NCBI GenBank assembly: GCA_000708835.1
Contig: DF236953.1
Span: 172,990 to 236,989, forward strand
From: Klebsormidium nitens
Lineage: Eukaryota > Plantae > Klebsormidiophyceae
Length of the DNA stretch: 64,000 nt
Direction: 5' to 3'
Shown here: positions 21,616-35,800 of the stretch, piece by piece
How the letters are laid out: each line of letters begins with the position of its first letter
Numbering within the stretch: position 1 is the stretch's first letter
Notes under the pieces: model-generated
The model's input: only the letters and a program-made list of their open reading frames with translations
What the model was told of the DNA's origin: nothing
Database searches by the model: none
Made by a program: the position numbers and the translations under genes

Positions 21616-23784
21616 CTCTTTGGTTTCAGTGAGTCTGCACTCCGTTGAGATTGTGAGGGGTCTTTTCATTCCCATGACTGTAAACGTTTCACCTCTGCGT
21701 GTCTCCTTGAGCCTTTACATGTATTGGACCTCAGTGTCCGGTTCTTGATGCAATTTGGCTGGCATGTGCGTGCAAGGCCAATTAGCGCTTTATCATCGCT
21801 CCAAAAGCGGGCGCCCGCTGCTTAATAGCAACCAGCCGCCGCTGGGTTAGCATAAGTCGCGGGCCGATGTCGTTCAAGAGAAGGTTTGCCAAGTTCCACT
21901 GATTACTATATGCATGGCTCAATCAAAGTGGTCGCAGTGGTCTTGCGTACGCCACACTAATGTAGATTTGGCGATCCTTGAAACGTCGATCTCAACGTGT
22001 CTAGCTCTCGGACCTGTGTATCATTTCCAAAGTTCTGCTCATCATGAGTCGGTTAGCATGCGCCGAAGACTCGACGCATACAAGCAGACTCAGATGCGTG
22101 TGCATAACGTGGTGGGTGACGTGTGCATCATTGAATCTGACCACGTACTCGCATGCAGTCGGACAGCTGTGGGATTGACCTGCTCATGTACATGAGGACG
22201 TGACACCAAAGAATCTACTGACTGGACAGCTTGCGCAACGTTCGTTGTATGCCGGCCCACATCTCAGATGTATGATCTTGATGGTACGCGGAGCGAGGGT
22301 AAGGATATTAAATCTGCTTCTCGTTGGCGCCCCTAATGCTACAAGCCTGCCGGTGCGCCTGAATTGAGGAAGGTATTTGTTACTGGCAGGCTGAGGGCCC
22401 GTTCAATGATGGTCCCTCGGGGTTACTTTCTGATCTTAGGCCTTGAGTATAAGTATCTTAGACCTTGAGTATAAGTATCGTAGTTCACGGACATCAAAGT
22501 ACATCAGCGAAATCAGGGGATGCGAATCGAAGTCAATCAAGAAGAGAAAAATAGCCTGGATGTGGGGTGGTTGAGGCATAAGTCTCACGCTACACGCAGG
22601 TGAAGAGAAAGAGGGGCAGTGCACATAAGCAGAGGAAAGCAGGATAATATACTCCTTCCGGACCTGCTAGATCTGATTCATATCTGTTCTGCTCTATTAA
22701 GCGGTCATAAAGATGCGGCGATCTAGCCAGGAAGTGACAGCTACTTGTGGAAAAGCGTTACGTCCAAGTCGGTCCCTATCCTCCGTTTTGATGCATCCAA
22801 CTTGTGAAACCAGAGAAATGCGAAGTCCAACTGATCCCTAAGGGGCTTTTGACTTTTTGCCTCCTGTGAAGTACAGCGTGAAATTCCGACACGTTTCGAC
22901 GACCTTCCAAAATTGCGGTAAAAGAACCGTTTTTTGCACACAAGGGATCTTCCTGTGTACTTTGTCCCATCGTCGATCTGTTTCCTGACGGGTGCTAGGT
23001 TATCACGAAGCGTCGATGTTCATGGCAATAGCCAATGGGATATCCAGATGTGATCCAATGAAAGCAGCGTATCCCAGGGCCTGTTCTTTAACCACTGGTT
23101 CTCAAGCAACTGTCTGAACCAGATCAAAAAATCATCCGACAGTCGTGCAGTTCGATGCAAAACGAGGGCTATGTGAGCATGCCATGAGATAAACATCATA
23201 GCGAAGAAGGGACGGAGGTGCCCGCGCCCCTCGAGCGTGCCGGTTTGTTCCTCCAATAAACGCACAGGTGTGTCACCACGTGCTTCCTTTCCACATGTAA
23301 GAGGACCCATTCGACCTCTTGCTTTTCCCTCCTGACTGCCTCAAGGGGCTGAATGCTTCTTGCTCGAACCATCCTGTCGATCATTCCTCTGGAAGGCTTC
23401 TAGAATTTTAACTAGGAAACGACAAACGGACTCCAATGGGAACATCAATGCAGCGAATCAGAGCGGCTTCCAATGCAGGATGATGATGAGCACTTGCGAT
23501 GACGAGGCGAGGGAGAAGCTTCACAAAGTGGGGTTGGTGCCGGATGCCTGGAACCAGCTCGTTGCTTAGCTGCTCAAAGTAGAACAGCTATCTTCAAGAA
23601 CCTGCTTCTTACAAGATGCAAAGCTTTTGTGCGAGCTCCTGACTAACAAAGCTTGGCACATTTGACCTTTCTGACGTCCCTCACATCAGAGAACTACTCA
23701 GCAGGGCTTTGTTTCACCCCCAAAACAAAGAAGAAGGACCTTTTACTCGTGCTTAATTTAGCCGACAAACTTCCTGCCCCGGGC

Positions 23785-23792
23785 TATAAATA
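23785..23792 (+). promoter_or_regulatory. Candidate TATA box of the MYB gene
   Basis: TATAAATA about 125 nt upstream of the ATG at 23917. Confidence 0.5.
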
Positions 23793-23916
23793 CTGCGCTA
23801 AGTGCTGAACTACAAAAACGGTGTCACATGTGTTCCAAAAGCTGACTTCCGCCGTTTTGCGGGCCAAGAGTCAGTCAAGGGAAGGGACAGAAGAAGATCA
23901 GGAGACCAACAGAAAC

Positions 23917-26900
23917 ATGGGAAGAAGGATGCGAGAGCTGGCAGCTCTTGCGTTGAGCAGAAGTTACTCCGGTCTCAATTTGCCAACCCAGGAAGGTTCT
24001 GTGTCAGGCGATAATGCGCTAACAAGATCCAGATCTTTCAACGAGAGCAGCATCTCTCAATTTGGATCGCCAACTACCAGGATAAAAGATCTGAAGAAGC
24101 TAGCCCGGCAACCCTCTCTTGGCTCGCGTAGCGAGCCTGCAGATGGTGGGATTACCGGAGGATCAGCTGTTGGGGAGGGATGTTCTAGCCACGAACCTGC
24201 TGAAGGCAGCCAAATGAGTAGGGCAAGGGTCGATCCAGGATTGGGGAGGGTGAGAAGAGGGGGGGAATTGGAGGCTACGGAAGAGGAACAGGCTTTTGAA
24301 GGGTTGAGAAGATCTCGCGAAGGATCTTGTGAGGAGGGGACTTCCAGAGTCGCGTTTGTGAAAAAGGCAGTTGTGAATGCATCGCCAAGGTCCGCGGGGG
24401 AAGGGAATAGACACGGTGGTTCCCAAAGCAGCTTGCTCATTGACGATGCAGTTGGCAGAGCCAGGAGCTCCGTTGCACGCGTTGAAGAGAGCCACATTGC
24501 AGGAGAAGACAGCATGGGAAAGGATAGAACGGTCCCGAGAAGGCTGAACATGCGGGAATTGAAGCTGAGTAGCAGAAGGTGGAACGAAGAGGAGGATAGC
24601 TTGCTCATTGACTACGTAAAGGTGAGCCACTTTTTGAAAATTAAGAAAAAAAAAATCTCCACTCACGTGAATGGATTTTCACAATTCCTTTTTGCATTGC
24701 TCAGGAGAATCGTTCAATGAAACGGTATTGCCATGCGTTTGATAATTGGAATATATCCTGATTTGGACGATTCAGATTGGACTGATGAAATCTGAAGCCA
24801 CATAGTTGAGATCTACCTTTCGAGAGTTTGTGGCTTGGAAAAGGTCAGCAACTTCGCAAGCCTTCAGAAAAAGTCTTCAGCATTATAAGCCTTGAATCTA
24901 CTTCGAAGCTTCTTACTTCTTCTCTATTGAAGTTAACATAGCAGTACACTTACTGCTCTCTTCCCAATGCGGATCGATCGAGTCCGGGGCTATCAACCAT
25001 AGCTGCACTTTGTTTGCGGAGAATCGGTTTCGGAGAATTCTTCCTAGGGACGTCGTCTAAGGTCCCATCTTCACCACGAGCAGTTTGTTTGCTGAGGTCC
25101 ACACAGTTTTCCAACTCAGAAGGATTCAAATCCTACCCCTTCCTCGTAAGAAGTTCTGCCTGCTATTTTGCTTCCAGAAATATGGAGATCGAAGCTGGCG
25201 CGATGTCAACCAAACAGGACTCCAACGCTCTCCAAACAGCTGCAGGCTGCGCTTTGAGAATCACCTCAGAACCCGCGTACAATCCAGAACGTACTCTCGT
25301 CAGGTCAGGGGTATTGCTACTTCTACCTTTTGGAAAAGAGAAAGCTCACACAGTTGTTTCCTCAGTTGCCATAGACAAGCAAAAGATGCATGTAGAAGCA
25401 GTCAAACGGCCTGCAGATACTCATATTCTGCTTTCTTTAAAATCTAACAATGCTTTGATTGTCTCAGAATCTTTATTGGCTGGTTACAATAAGCCTTCAG
25501 ATCGTGCCATTTTGAGAGAATCTGTGGATTTCGTTACGGGCAGATTAGCAGCAAAACTCCTCAACCATAGTTCTTCTCGCCGCTGATCTTAGCAGGTGCT
25601 AAACATGATCAATATGACAATGCCTGCCACCGGCGTGTAGAAACTATTCTACTAACTTCACAGATGATGACTTGAAACATAGTATATTTGTGGCTTGAAT
25701 CCTCTCTCTCTTCTGTGACGGTCCTCCTTGTGCACTACAGGTGCCTTCTGCCTGGCCGCCGTTACCCCGGTCGAGTCCCCCGGCTGACGTCCACTTCTAT
25801 CCCGCAAGCAACAAGAGACCGGGGATTGCAACTGGGTCTGAAGCCAAACGGTTCCGGTACGAGACTTGGACTCCGAGGACCATGGCTTGGGTCAGAGGCG
25901 TGTCCAGCTCAGGGGAGACGGTTCTTGTTCCTGAAGGCCAGGCTCTGTACGCACCAGCCTTTCAGTATGTCCATACGGACGGCGCTTACGAGGCCTGGGG
26001 GCAGGAAAGACGGGCGCAGTATGAGTCTTCGGGAGGAACTCCACTCAGCATCAGGAACCTCCCTCCGATCAGGACGCGCGTTCCAACAGGTATGCTAATA
26101 TCTTTGAAGTAATCCATCCGATCACGAGAAACAAGATTCTCAGATGATAAATTTAGCGGGATTTAAGAGCTCAGTAGAAACTCCTGTCTCAGAATATGTG
26201 CCCAGAACTTCGTTGCACTCATGAAAACCTTTAATCCTTTTGCGAAGGACAGGGAAACATGTGCACAGATATACATCTCTTTTAACCCTTCTGAGAGCAC
26301 TCAAAGGACAGGGTTCGTCCAGATCCAGTTGAAGCACAAAGCGATGCGACACTTTCAAGATCTGAGCAAGTCGCAACCGCAACTTCGGCGTTGTTGTCAG
26401 CTCCTCAATACGTCGCAGCGTTGATTCTATTCGTCATTGCATTGCTTGCAAGTGATCCGAACATGCGAGGACCTTAGACAAACTGTGAAGATTTCGAAGC
26501 ACCCTTCTTCATACTCAGAATCTCGCTTTACTTTGGTCCAGGTGTATCGAGCCCCCCGGCGGCACCTCTTCGCCGCGGCTTGGCGCGCTCTGTGAGCTCG
26601 CCTGGCATCGACTTTCATGACCTGCCGTACGCGCGCGCGCCCGAAGCAGGCTATCATCCACACGCGCTCTCTCGCGCGGCCAGCTATGGCGCGCTCGTGC
26701 GCGCACCGGCTGCGGTCTACGAGACGCTCGCGCATCCCCAAGCGGCCGGCTACGATGAGGCGCTCGCGGACCCCTCTGCGGGCGGCTACGAGGCCCATGC
26801 GCGCGCTTTTGCGGGCGGCCACGACCCGCTCGCGCGCGTGCCAAGTGAAAGCTCCATCCAACTCTTCTCGTCCGCGCCTTCTGACCTTCCAGAACATGAT

Positions 26901-28381
26901 ATGACACCGCGGCAGCTTTGGCTCGAACTCCGGAACCCCCCCGACGACCCGCCGCGCCAAGCCGCGGCCGGGTTAGACAGCGAAGCCGACAGATTGGCTT
27001 TCCCGGGAGAGATGGATCTGGAGGATGAGGGGACAGCAGCCGAAATGGAGACGGGGGATGAGGGGACTGCAGAACCGATTGAGCCGCTGCAAGCAAATTA
27101 CCAGAACGGAGTTGATCTCGTCTCGGCGCATTTGATCGACTCTCTGAGTTCGACGTATCAGCAGTACGAGACCGGTTTGGAGACGCCTCTCAGCAAAGAG
27201 AGGGACCGATTGCTCGCTTTAGAATCGGTGGAAGCGCCGGGGCCGTGCCAGTCCGGCTGGGAGACGCATTCTCTGGAGCAGGCGATGGACGTCAGCCTCA
27301 CCGAGCCGCCGGTCGAATCACTCCACGCGTCGAACCTCGGCAGCTTGTTCCCGGCCCTGGACGCCTTCGACGTTATCCCCTCCAGCGTCAAGAGCAGTCA
27401 GAGCCTCCCTCTCGCCGTACAGAGCCCCGTCTTTGGGTCCTTCGACGGAAAACCTGGAGTCAGCGGTGTAAATACGCTTCCAAGTATCCCCTTGGGAGAG
27501 GAAACGACCCCGCAGATTTCCGGCCCCCTGAAAACGCGGGCGGAAACGGAAGAGGCAAACCGGGAGGGGGGGCGCAGAAACAGCAGTTCCCTGAGCTCGG
27601 AGGGGCCCTCCGAAACGGGGCTGGCAGGGACCTTTCATGACATCCTTCTCGAGGGACTTGAGGAGGAGAGCGAGAGGAAGGAGGGCGTTATGGACGAAAC
27701 GGTTCAAGACGTAACACTCCAGTTTGAAGGTGAGGAACATCATGACTGACGAACTCAGTACTCCTTAGAGGCCTTGGATGCTGTGGGCATATATTGTTGG
27801 TCTTACAAAGTCTTTGCTTCATGATTTTTGAAGATAGATGATTCTACAGAATCTCGAGTTCTTCCTTGTAAACCTTTGCTTATAGATGGGAACCTTCAGA
27901 AGACACTGCAAACAGAACGAACTGACAGGCTGTTCCAATATGTCAGCGCGCAACGAGAACCCAGCAAAATCTGTAATACATTTACAATCCATACAATCCG
28001 TTAGGACGACTTTCTGCTGACAAAAACCCTTTCAAGGTCGGCGACAAGATCAGAGTCGGATTTATAGAGGCCGCCCGTTTGCATTCATATTATCTGCATC
28101 AATTCACACCTTAGAAACTAACTACAGATGCCCAAACCTCTGGCTTATAAGCTCGGCGCGGAAGTTCGACTTTTATTCCAGGTAGTTCTGCGCACGTGAC
28201 GTCCCCCGCCGCGCATAACCCCGCCCTCGAGCTGCCCGTCTTCTGTGACTTCTTCAAAGAGGACCTCCCGAGCATTGCCGGATTGGATGAGCTAGAAACC
28301 TGGCGCGACTCCCCGTTTGAGAAACCCGCCGTCAAGTGCGCCTCAGATGGTTCTTGCGGGTCGTCTGCGCCTGTGCTTTAG
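23917..28381 (+). CDS. MYB-related transcription factor with a single R2-like repeat, ~855 aa; exons 23917-24621, 25178-25303, 25741-26089, 26542-27729, 28182-28381
   Basis: RRWNEEEDSLLIDYVK|KYGDRSWRDVNQTGLQRSPNSCRLRFENHLR is a MYB repeat split by an intron; remaining exons are phase-consistent (2568 nt) and low-complexity/acidic. Confidence 0.82.
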
Positions 28382-29892
28382 ACTGTACATCGGACTGAAT
28401 ATCAGAGTAGATCTCCCCGCGTGTACAATACTAACAAGCTGTTCTGACCATCGCAACGATGTACAGAAAAAGACGTTGGCTTTACGAGCCTGCTAGCGAT
28501 AGGACAGCGTCCTCTGTGGTACTCAGTCATGACTACTTTCGGTCCTACAATCGGATGAGTCACCGCAGCTCGGTCTTGTACGACAGCTAAGCGAATTAGT
28601 AAGCGACCAAGCTTGATCAGAGGCGCGAGTAAACGACCTCTTCTGTTTGATCCTCAAAGAGCTGTATCATGTCGTCAAGGCACGTCGCTTGCTAGGATTG
28701 TACAGGTCTGTATCCAGTAACGTAGGATATAACTTATGCTTGTATCAAACAAAAACCATGATACAGCTCTTTCCGACGAACTTAAAAGGCTTTCTACCTG
28801 TACGGCGATCGGACCGGACCTTTAGTAGGACAACATATCGGCCTTTCAGATCACTGAAGCGCTTTCTCTTGTTTGAATATCATTCAGCAATTAGCACACA
28901 CATCTTTTTCCAGGTTATTGCTGTGGCCGTGCTAACATGCTAACCGAACCACCTATTGGGCGCGGCGGCTTGAAGCATAGGAACTTGAACTCACTTTCAG
29001 CCCGGCTTTCGAAGAGCTGCGACCTCTAGTAGAGTGAGATGTAGTCGTATCATACATACATAATCTATACAATCTAGAACTACATATCCAGAGCTTGTCG
29101 GATGTATATACCAATACGTATAAACAAGCTGACAGCACAAAATCCGCTCGCAAGAAATGTTACCAAAGTTGGCCATCAACGGCGGAGCCTGTGCCAGCTG
29201 CATCCGATCGACCGTGAAAAGGCATAAGCATGCAACAGCCGTACAACCGTCTGCTATGCTTTCGATGTGGCCGGGTATGGAATCACCATGTGCACACGTC
29301 AGTGTTCAAGTGACTTGGATCTCACTGGCACATCTATCATGGGGTGCGCGGCATTTGAGCTTTGCACATGTGCTGGAACGTCTTTTCACGTTCTTTTCAC
29401 GGTTGAACTGCACAAAGTAAGATATGCGCAGATCGGATCTTGCTTTTAATTTCCGTACGCAGCTGTCTAAATAAACGTCTGACTAGCATACGTTCTGGCA
29501 TGCAGCGACAGTTATAGTCGATCGGTACCGAGGAATGCCTTAAGTCACGCAGAGTGACCGGGTCTGCCTTCTGCTGGCGGGCAGGATGACTTGATTGAAG
29601 AAAGTAACATTCGGTTTTTGTGCGACCATCCCAAGCGGACGCAACGCAACGACTTGTTGCATGCGGTTGAGAAAGATGTCGTTTTGTGCAGATTAAGACG
29701 GTCCCTCATGAAGATGAACGGGTCAGCGGTATCTGCCGCTCGGCTACTTTCTTTTTCATCCTTCACCTTTAGGCGTAATAATTAGAAGGCGCGCAGGATC
29801 AAAGTTTAAAGAGCTACTCCAAACGTCGAAGCTCTCTCCCTCGTGCGTCCGTCAGGACTGGCTCATAAATACGCCATTGTGTGGCCTTTAAA

Positions 29893-32800
29893 TTAACTCA
29901 GCAAGATGTCAAAGAAGAAGTTGGACTCCAGTGGCCCGTCTTCTGGGAGGTCCGTGCAATGGACCGCGTTCTTGACCTGGTACAGCAATACAATCTCTTA
30001 GTAGTTGCTTGAGGGTCGCGGAACTGCGCATTTGACGATCTGCTGTCGTAGTGTTGCGTCTGCGTAATACCCGCATGTCCTAAAGCCCATCAGAATTCGC
30101 TTCAAAGCTGAGACTGCATCCTTCAAAGGAGAAAGTGTTGCTGCAATAAAGCATTCACAGATGAAACTCGGAACATCTCCACCTAAACGTGGACTGCGCA
30201 GACGGCCAACGGACCACTGCGATCCGCCGCACTGCCGGTTATTGAATCCTTGCTACTACCACCACCCTCTGCGTACCTCTTACGAATTGTCACGAGAGAC
30301 GAGGAATACACCAAAGGCTGCCCCTCTGAAAGAGCTGGCCAACCAATGTATGTCCGACACGTGGCACGCCAGGAAAATCGTCTCACCTTGTCGATCCCAA
30401 ACTGCGCTCTGAGCGACTGCGGCCGGAGCACCTTCCCGATCTCCGGATCTGCGGGCCCGCAGAATTCCCGCAACTCCTGGACCACGTCAGGCGAACCGTC
30501 CCGTGACGTCACCTCCAGGGCGATGAGGGGCCCCGACTTGAGCTCGTCGACGAGTCCCTGAAGGGAAGCCGCGACGATCGGGTCAAGAAAGATTCCGAGT
30601 ACTTTACGTGGGCTTCGATTCAGGCAACGGACGTGGGAAGAATCTGCGAAGAAGACCAGCAGATACATGGGTTGCGACCACCGTTGCGAGCTCCAAGAAA
30701 GGTCTAAACAGGAGCATTGCAGTCCACCTTTCGCGGTAGGTTCCTTACTGAGGTTGCACTCGTGGCGCCAAAGAGCGCTTCGCAAGCAGACGCCTATACC
30801 AGCATCCACGCACAAAGCTACTGTTTACAGCCTAAGCTCGGGTAGCCCACAACTCAAGTTTCTGGAAGTTTTTCTGGAAGTTTCGTCCTCGTCGAGCTCC
30901 TCATGCCTTATGAAACCCAAATTTTCAAAGTATGAAAAACGATAGCCGGCACTCACGTTGTATTCCGGTACGACGCCCTTGTACACCTCTAGGAACTCCA
31001 CCGCGTTGGCCTGGTCGAGAATGTGCTGCTGCAGCGCAGTGATCTCAAAGTGCGCCGCGATCTGGTCGATGATGGCGCCCGCGTGCCCTGCAGCAAGAGT
31101 AAACGTGCGGGATTTAGGAAGAGGTTTCACAAAGACGGATCTGCATGACGTCACAGGGCGACTGCACAGCGCGATCATCTCAAAGTGCGCCGCGATCTGG
31201 TCGATGATGGCGCCCGCGTGCCCTGCAGCCAAAGCAGATATGCGGGGTTCAGGAAAAGGGCGTCGGAGGACCGGTCCTATCAAGCGACAGTTTAGCCGAT
31301 GCTCCGCTCAGGGGCTGAGGTCAGAACACGCCGCGATCTGGTCGATGATAGCGCCCGCCTACCCTGCAGCAAGGTTAATGACACGGAGCTAAAAGGAGGA
31401 CGTATGCAGACGCCATGTGCATACGTTACAGGGCCACTTCAAAGCGCAGTTTCCCTGGCAAAAACCGCCGTGACCTGGTCGATAATAGCGTCAGCAAGCG
31501 TAGGAACACGGAGTTAAAAAAGAGGACGCCATCTGGTGACTGCACAGCGCGGTCATCTCAAACGTGCGCCGCCCTCTCATTAGAAATGGCGCTCGCCTGC
31601 CCTGTTTTGTGATCAAAGACACGGGGTTTCCAAAAGCCCTGCCTGGCTTGCGGTGACACACAAGTCACGGTCATGGACTGCATGTCGCTGCAAAATTGAG
31701 CCACTCTCACGAGCGACTGCGAAGGTGAATCTTCGGGCATCCGGTCACTGTCCGAGACATCCTAAACGCCACAGGGCGACTGCAGAGCGCGGCCCCCTGC
31801 TCTTGTGTCGCCGAGAAGTGCGTCTCCTGGGTTTTATTCTTGGAGCATGCAGCGCTGCTCATAATGACTGACGTTCACGATTCGACTTCCCCAGTGACGT
31901 GCCGTGTAACGAAGCCCACAATATGAGCGATTCAGCGAAAACCCAACCTTGCATTCTGTGCCATTTTTTGTGTCACGCGGAGTCTTTGTCCAGCAAACTC
32001 GACACATGAGCCCTTAAACATATTTTGTACTGTTGCTGGGAAGGAAGGCTCTCCGCAACTTGATCAAGATGGTTCCAGCCCAAAAAGGACAGCGAGTTTG
32101 TTCCCTTTTCGTTCTTTGATTGAATGTACTGCTCAACGATCTTGCTCTCAGCTAACGACTCGAGCGAAATCAAAGAGAAGAACACCTACCCGCGGTGACT
32201 GCGTGCGGTTTGACGATGGCCAGGCTGCAGTCTCGGAGCTGCGCGCATCGGCCAACGTCCGCCCGGTCGAAGAAGAAGCTGACCTCCTGAAGAATGCAAA
32301 ACGGCTCTCATCAACAAGCTTTCATTGAGACCTCCGTTTGAACTATTCCGTTGGTTCGGACCAATAAGTATCCCGATTGATGTGCTGAGGCGGCGCGGTG
32401 AAAAGCAGATTAAAGTTATGAAAATGCTGCTCATATTGACAAGCTGTGAGGATTAGCTTGTCTGCAAGAGGGTTCCACATCATGCGGCACAGCCTGGAAG
32501 CAGGAACCGTTCGGTTGAACAGCATTCTTTAGCTCGTTTGGTAAACGAATGAGAATGATGCTTTTCTTCCAGCACTCAATTTTTCAGTATGGCAACACAA
32601 TGTTTGCACGCAACAAACCATAAGACACCTTTTACATTAGCCTCAGACAGTGAATTCGGTCCCTGCAACCAGTCAAAGGGCGAAATCTGACCATCCGAAA
32701 AGGTTGAGCAGTGCGTACCTGCTTCGCCGTCTCTGGGGCGTCCGAACCGTGGCAAGCGTTCATGGTGTTGTCCGTACCGAAGTTGGCGCGCAGCGAGTCG

Positions 32801-35800
32801 GGGTCTTCCGCCCGGGCCGTATCTGAGTTTGTAGGACCTGCATTTGAGGATTCATATTCAATTAGGAGCAAATATACAAAATTAAATAGATATGCTCGAC
32901 AACATATTTTCGTTCTGAGAACTTTTGAGGACTACTGAGGGTACTACTGAGGACTGAGGGCTTCGGAACTCGGAAGCTTCGGCTAGTGCAAGTGAGGCTT
33001 CACGTTACCGAAAAGCTGCAAAAGCCTTTCCAGAATCTAGCCAATCGGATGGCTTGTCAGATCCACGTGGTCGTCAAAGGTACGTACCAGAGGAGTAATA
33101 TGGCCTGAAGAGTACTGTACCATTTACCCGTCGGTACTGGAAAGGCGACAATGGAGGCCAAGTACGTTTCCGGTCGACGCGCACCCTAATGGTAATGTGT
33201 GTAACAAAGCAACGCGCGACGGGGAGGATGAGATTGTCAAAGGGCTTACGATATTGCAAGCCAGTTTATTTGCTTGCATTGCAAGCGACGTCGTCCACGG
33301 ACCCAGACGTAAACGAAGCGTCGACTAGCAACCTGACTCTAAAGCTACACGCACTCTCACAACAGCAGGACAGCAAAAACCGCATCGAATCTGACAGAAG
33401 TCGAGGCACTGCACGACGTGCCAAGACGCAAGGGATGTCACTCACCTATGAGCTTGCGCCACTTGGCGATCGCGTTTTCTGTCACGAGCTCCATTGCGAA
33501 CACCCGCCCTGATGACATGAACTCCGTCAAAGTTCTGCAGGCGAAAACGAGAACGTTCGTCGTCTGCCAAGATCGCCAACAAATTTATTTTGCCCTCGGC
33601 CCCTTTCACAGCTTTTCGCGAGCAGCCTGCCGAAGATATCAGAAACGGAAGCCTAGAGAGTTGGATGACTAAGTTAGTCGAGTCTGCGACCCTATAGCGA
33701 CAACTAACTCGACCAACTTCTGAAGCTTCCCCCTCCATCCAAATTCGGCGGTTGCTTGAAAAGAGCTGTAGTGTTCCACACAAGTAGCTGCACCTATCTC
33801 TTGCCAGCAAGGCTCCGGAGAGAAGACTTTGTATACGAACTAGAACCGACGGGTAGCCTCTAACAATCAATCAACTGGAAACGTAGAATTGATCCTGGGG
33901 TCTTGCGAGGAACGGCAGAGACTTGAGCAGGTTGGAAGAAAACCACTGGAAGCTGAGGGGTTCAAGAATGCACACTGAAACAACGATGAAGAGCCTTCAC
34001 AGCACCTTGATCACAAAGGACTGTAGTCTCACGAATCGAACTCAACAAGAGTAATGATTATCCGGAATAACGATAAGGTAACCGCGCTGGGACCGGTATG
34101 TTAGGTTGCTGATAAGGGCGGGTATGGGGGCGGAGCGAGTATCATTTTGGATTAGGCCTTTTAGTTTTAGTCGGAGCTCATCATTAGCTTGGCTTATGAA
34201 TTTCCTGTTTCATGTATTATGACAATTTGATGATCGTAGCAAGCTACTCGCATGGAAGATGCAGAAGTCTCGAGAATGACCAGTCAGTGCTGGGGGCGGA
34301 ATCCATTCTCGAGAGGACGGAATGCTCCTTAACAAAGGTCGAAAGATAAGATGGTAACCGATAAAGCTCACCTGAAGAACGGCCGTGCTTGGTGCACTGC
34401 GTAGAACTGCTGTGCCTCCGTGAGCGACAGGTGGCACATCTTCATCCGTTTGATCAGAAAACCGCTGCCGTAGATGGCGTTCAGGATCTTCCCAATGTGC
34501 TCAATTGCGTCTGGCTTAATCATCGCCAGAGTCCTGCAGCGAGCACACGCGTTTTGGTCGCATCAAGACACGTAGAATCTCCGTCGATGTTTGCATTCGA
34601 AGTGTACTTTCTACAAGCTGCTAATCAGGTGAAGTTGGGCCGGACAGCGGAGTTGTCGCACTGGGTGCGCATCTACTGTAAGTGACTGGAGAACAAAAAG
34701 CCCGAAAAACGACCACTGAAGTCTGAAGCTACGAAAGGAGAACAGAGAGACAGGGAAAGAGTTGGAAGTTCTTGTCGCTTTCGTCAAGCTTCTACGTCAG
34801 CTGCCGTGCTCATTGGGCAATCTGCCCTTAGGAGTTTTCTGTCGACTTTCGATCAAAACTCCAAGTCATGTCTAACCAAATCTGGATGGCTGTACACCCG
34901 GAAAAAAACAAAACATGCCGGCAAATGAAAAAGTGCTCACGTTTCTCGTTTCTGGTCCAGCTTCTTGCGAGTGTGCTCGTCGGCATAGTCCATAAGATGC
35001 AATTGCCTAGAGTACACTGTGATTATAGATCCGATGTACAGGTGTTCTGGCTTCACCGACGGATACTCTGTGCGCTTGAGGAAGGTGCGCCGGTTCTTAA
35101 TGTCGTACTGCAGAAAAGAGCAGGGTCATAAGTGAGGCGAGTACTCATTGACAGGTGTGACCTAATCAGCTGCACATGTCAGTTTGTTCGAATAACAGAA
35201 TGCAGAGAAGTGTCTGGGTAAGGGTATATGTTGATTCAAGAAGCTCTATCCTCGCACGATGTAGTGCAATACCACTGCAACTTCCGTAACGATAATGTTG
35301 GATCTTTGAGTAGAGCAAGCTAAAGGCTTTGGGGCATGGGCATGTATTAATGTGTGTGTGACTGCCAGCTATCTCTGCAAGTTCCAATCTCTTTCCTCCA
35401 AAAACAATGTGTCCTGTCGCGTTCCTTTACTGTCACTCTGAAGTATTAGAATTAGGAGGTAGATTGAATATCTCAATATGGCCGTACAGCAACCAACTGA
35501 AAGAGCAGTAGTATCCGACGCATTATGCCGTTCAAGTTCCTCAGAAGTCAGAGAAGAGCTGGCCACCTTGCCTCGGTCTTTTGAAGCGATGCCGGCTCAC
35601 ATTCTCCAGAGGCAATTCCCTCCCTGGCAAGTATCTCGGACGAAGCAGAGCAACAAATGTATCTTTATTTTTTTGGCCTAGTCGATTCAAGCTGTGTATT
35701 GCCAAGAAAGCGTAGACTTAGAGTAGGACAGTAGTGGAGTCCATTCCATTCTAGCTTCTCGGGAAAGCTGGCTTAGGAAGGTGTGTCTCACCATTTCTAG

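Noticed and set aside
22435-22478. 22-bp two-copy tandem repeat (similar small pairs at 30861-30884 and 61162-61217)
   Set aside because: Ordinary local duplications with no spacers or cas genes; not CRISPR. They do indicate a high background duplication rate, which is the null model for the main finding.
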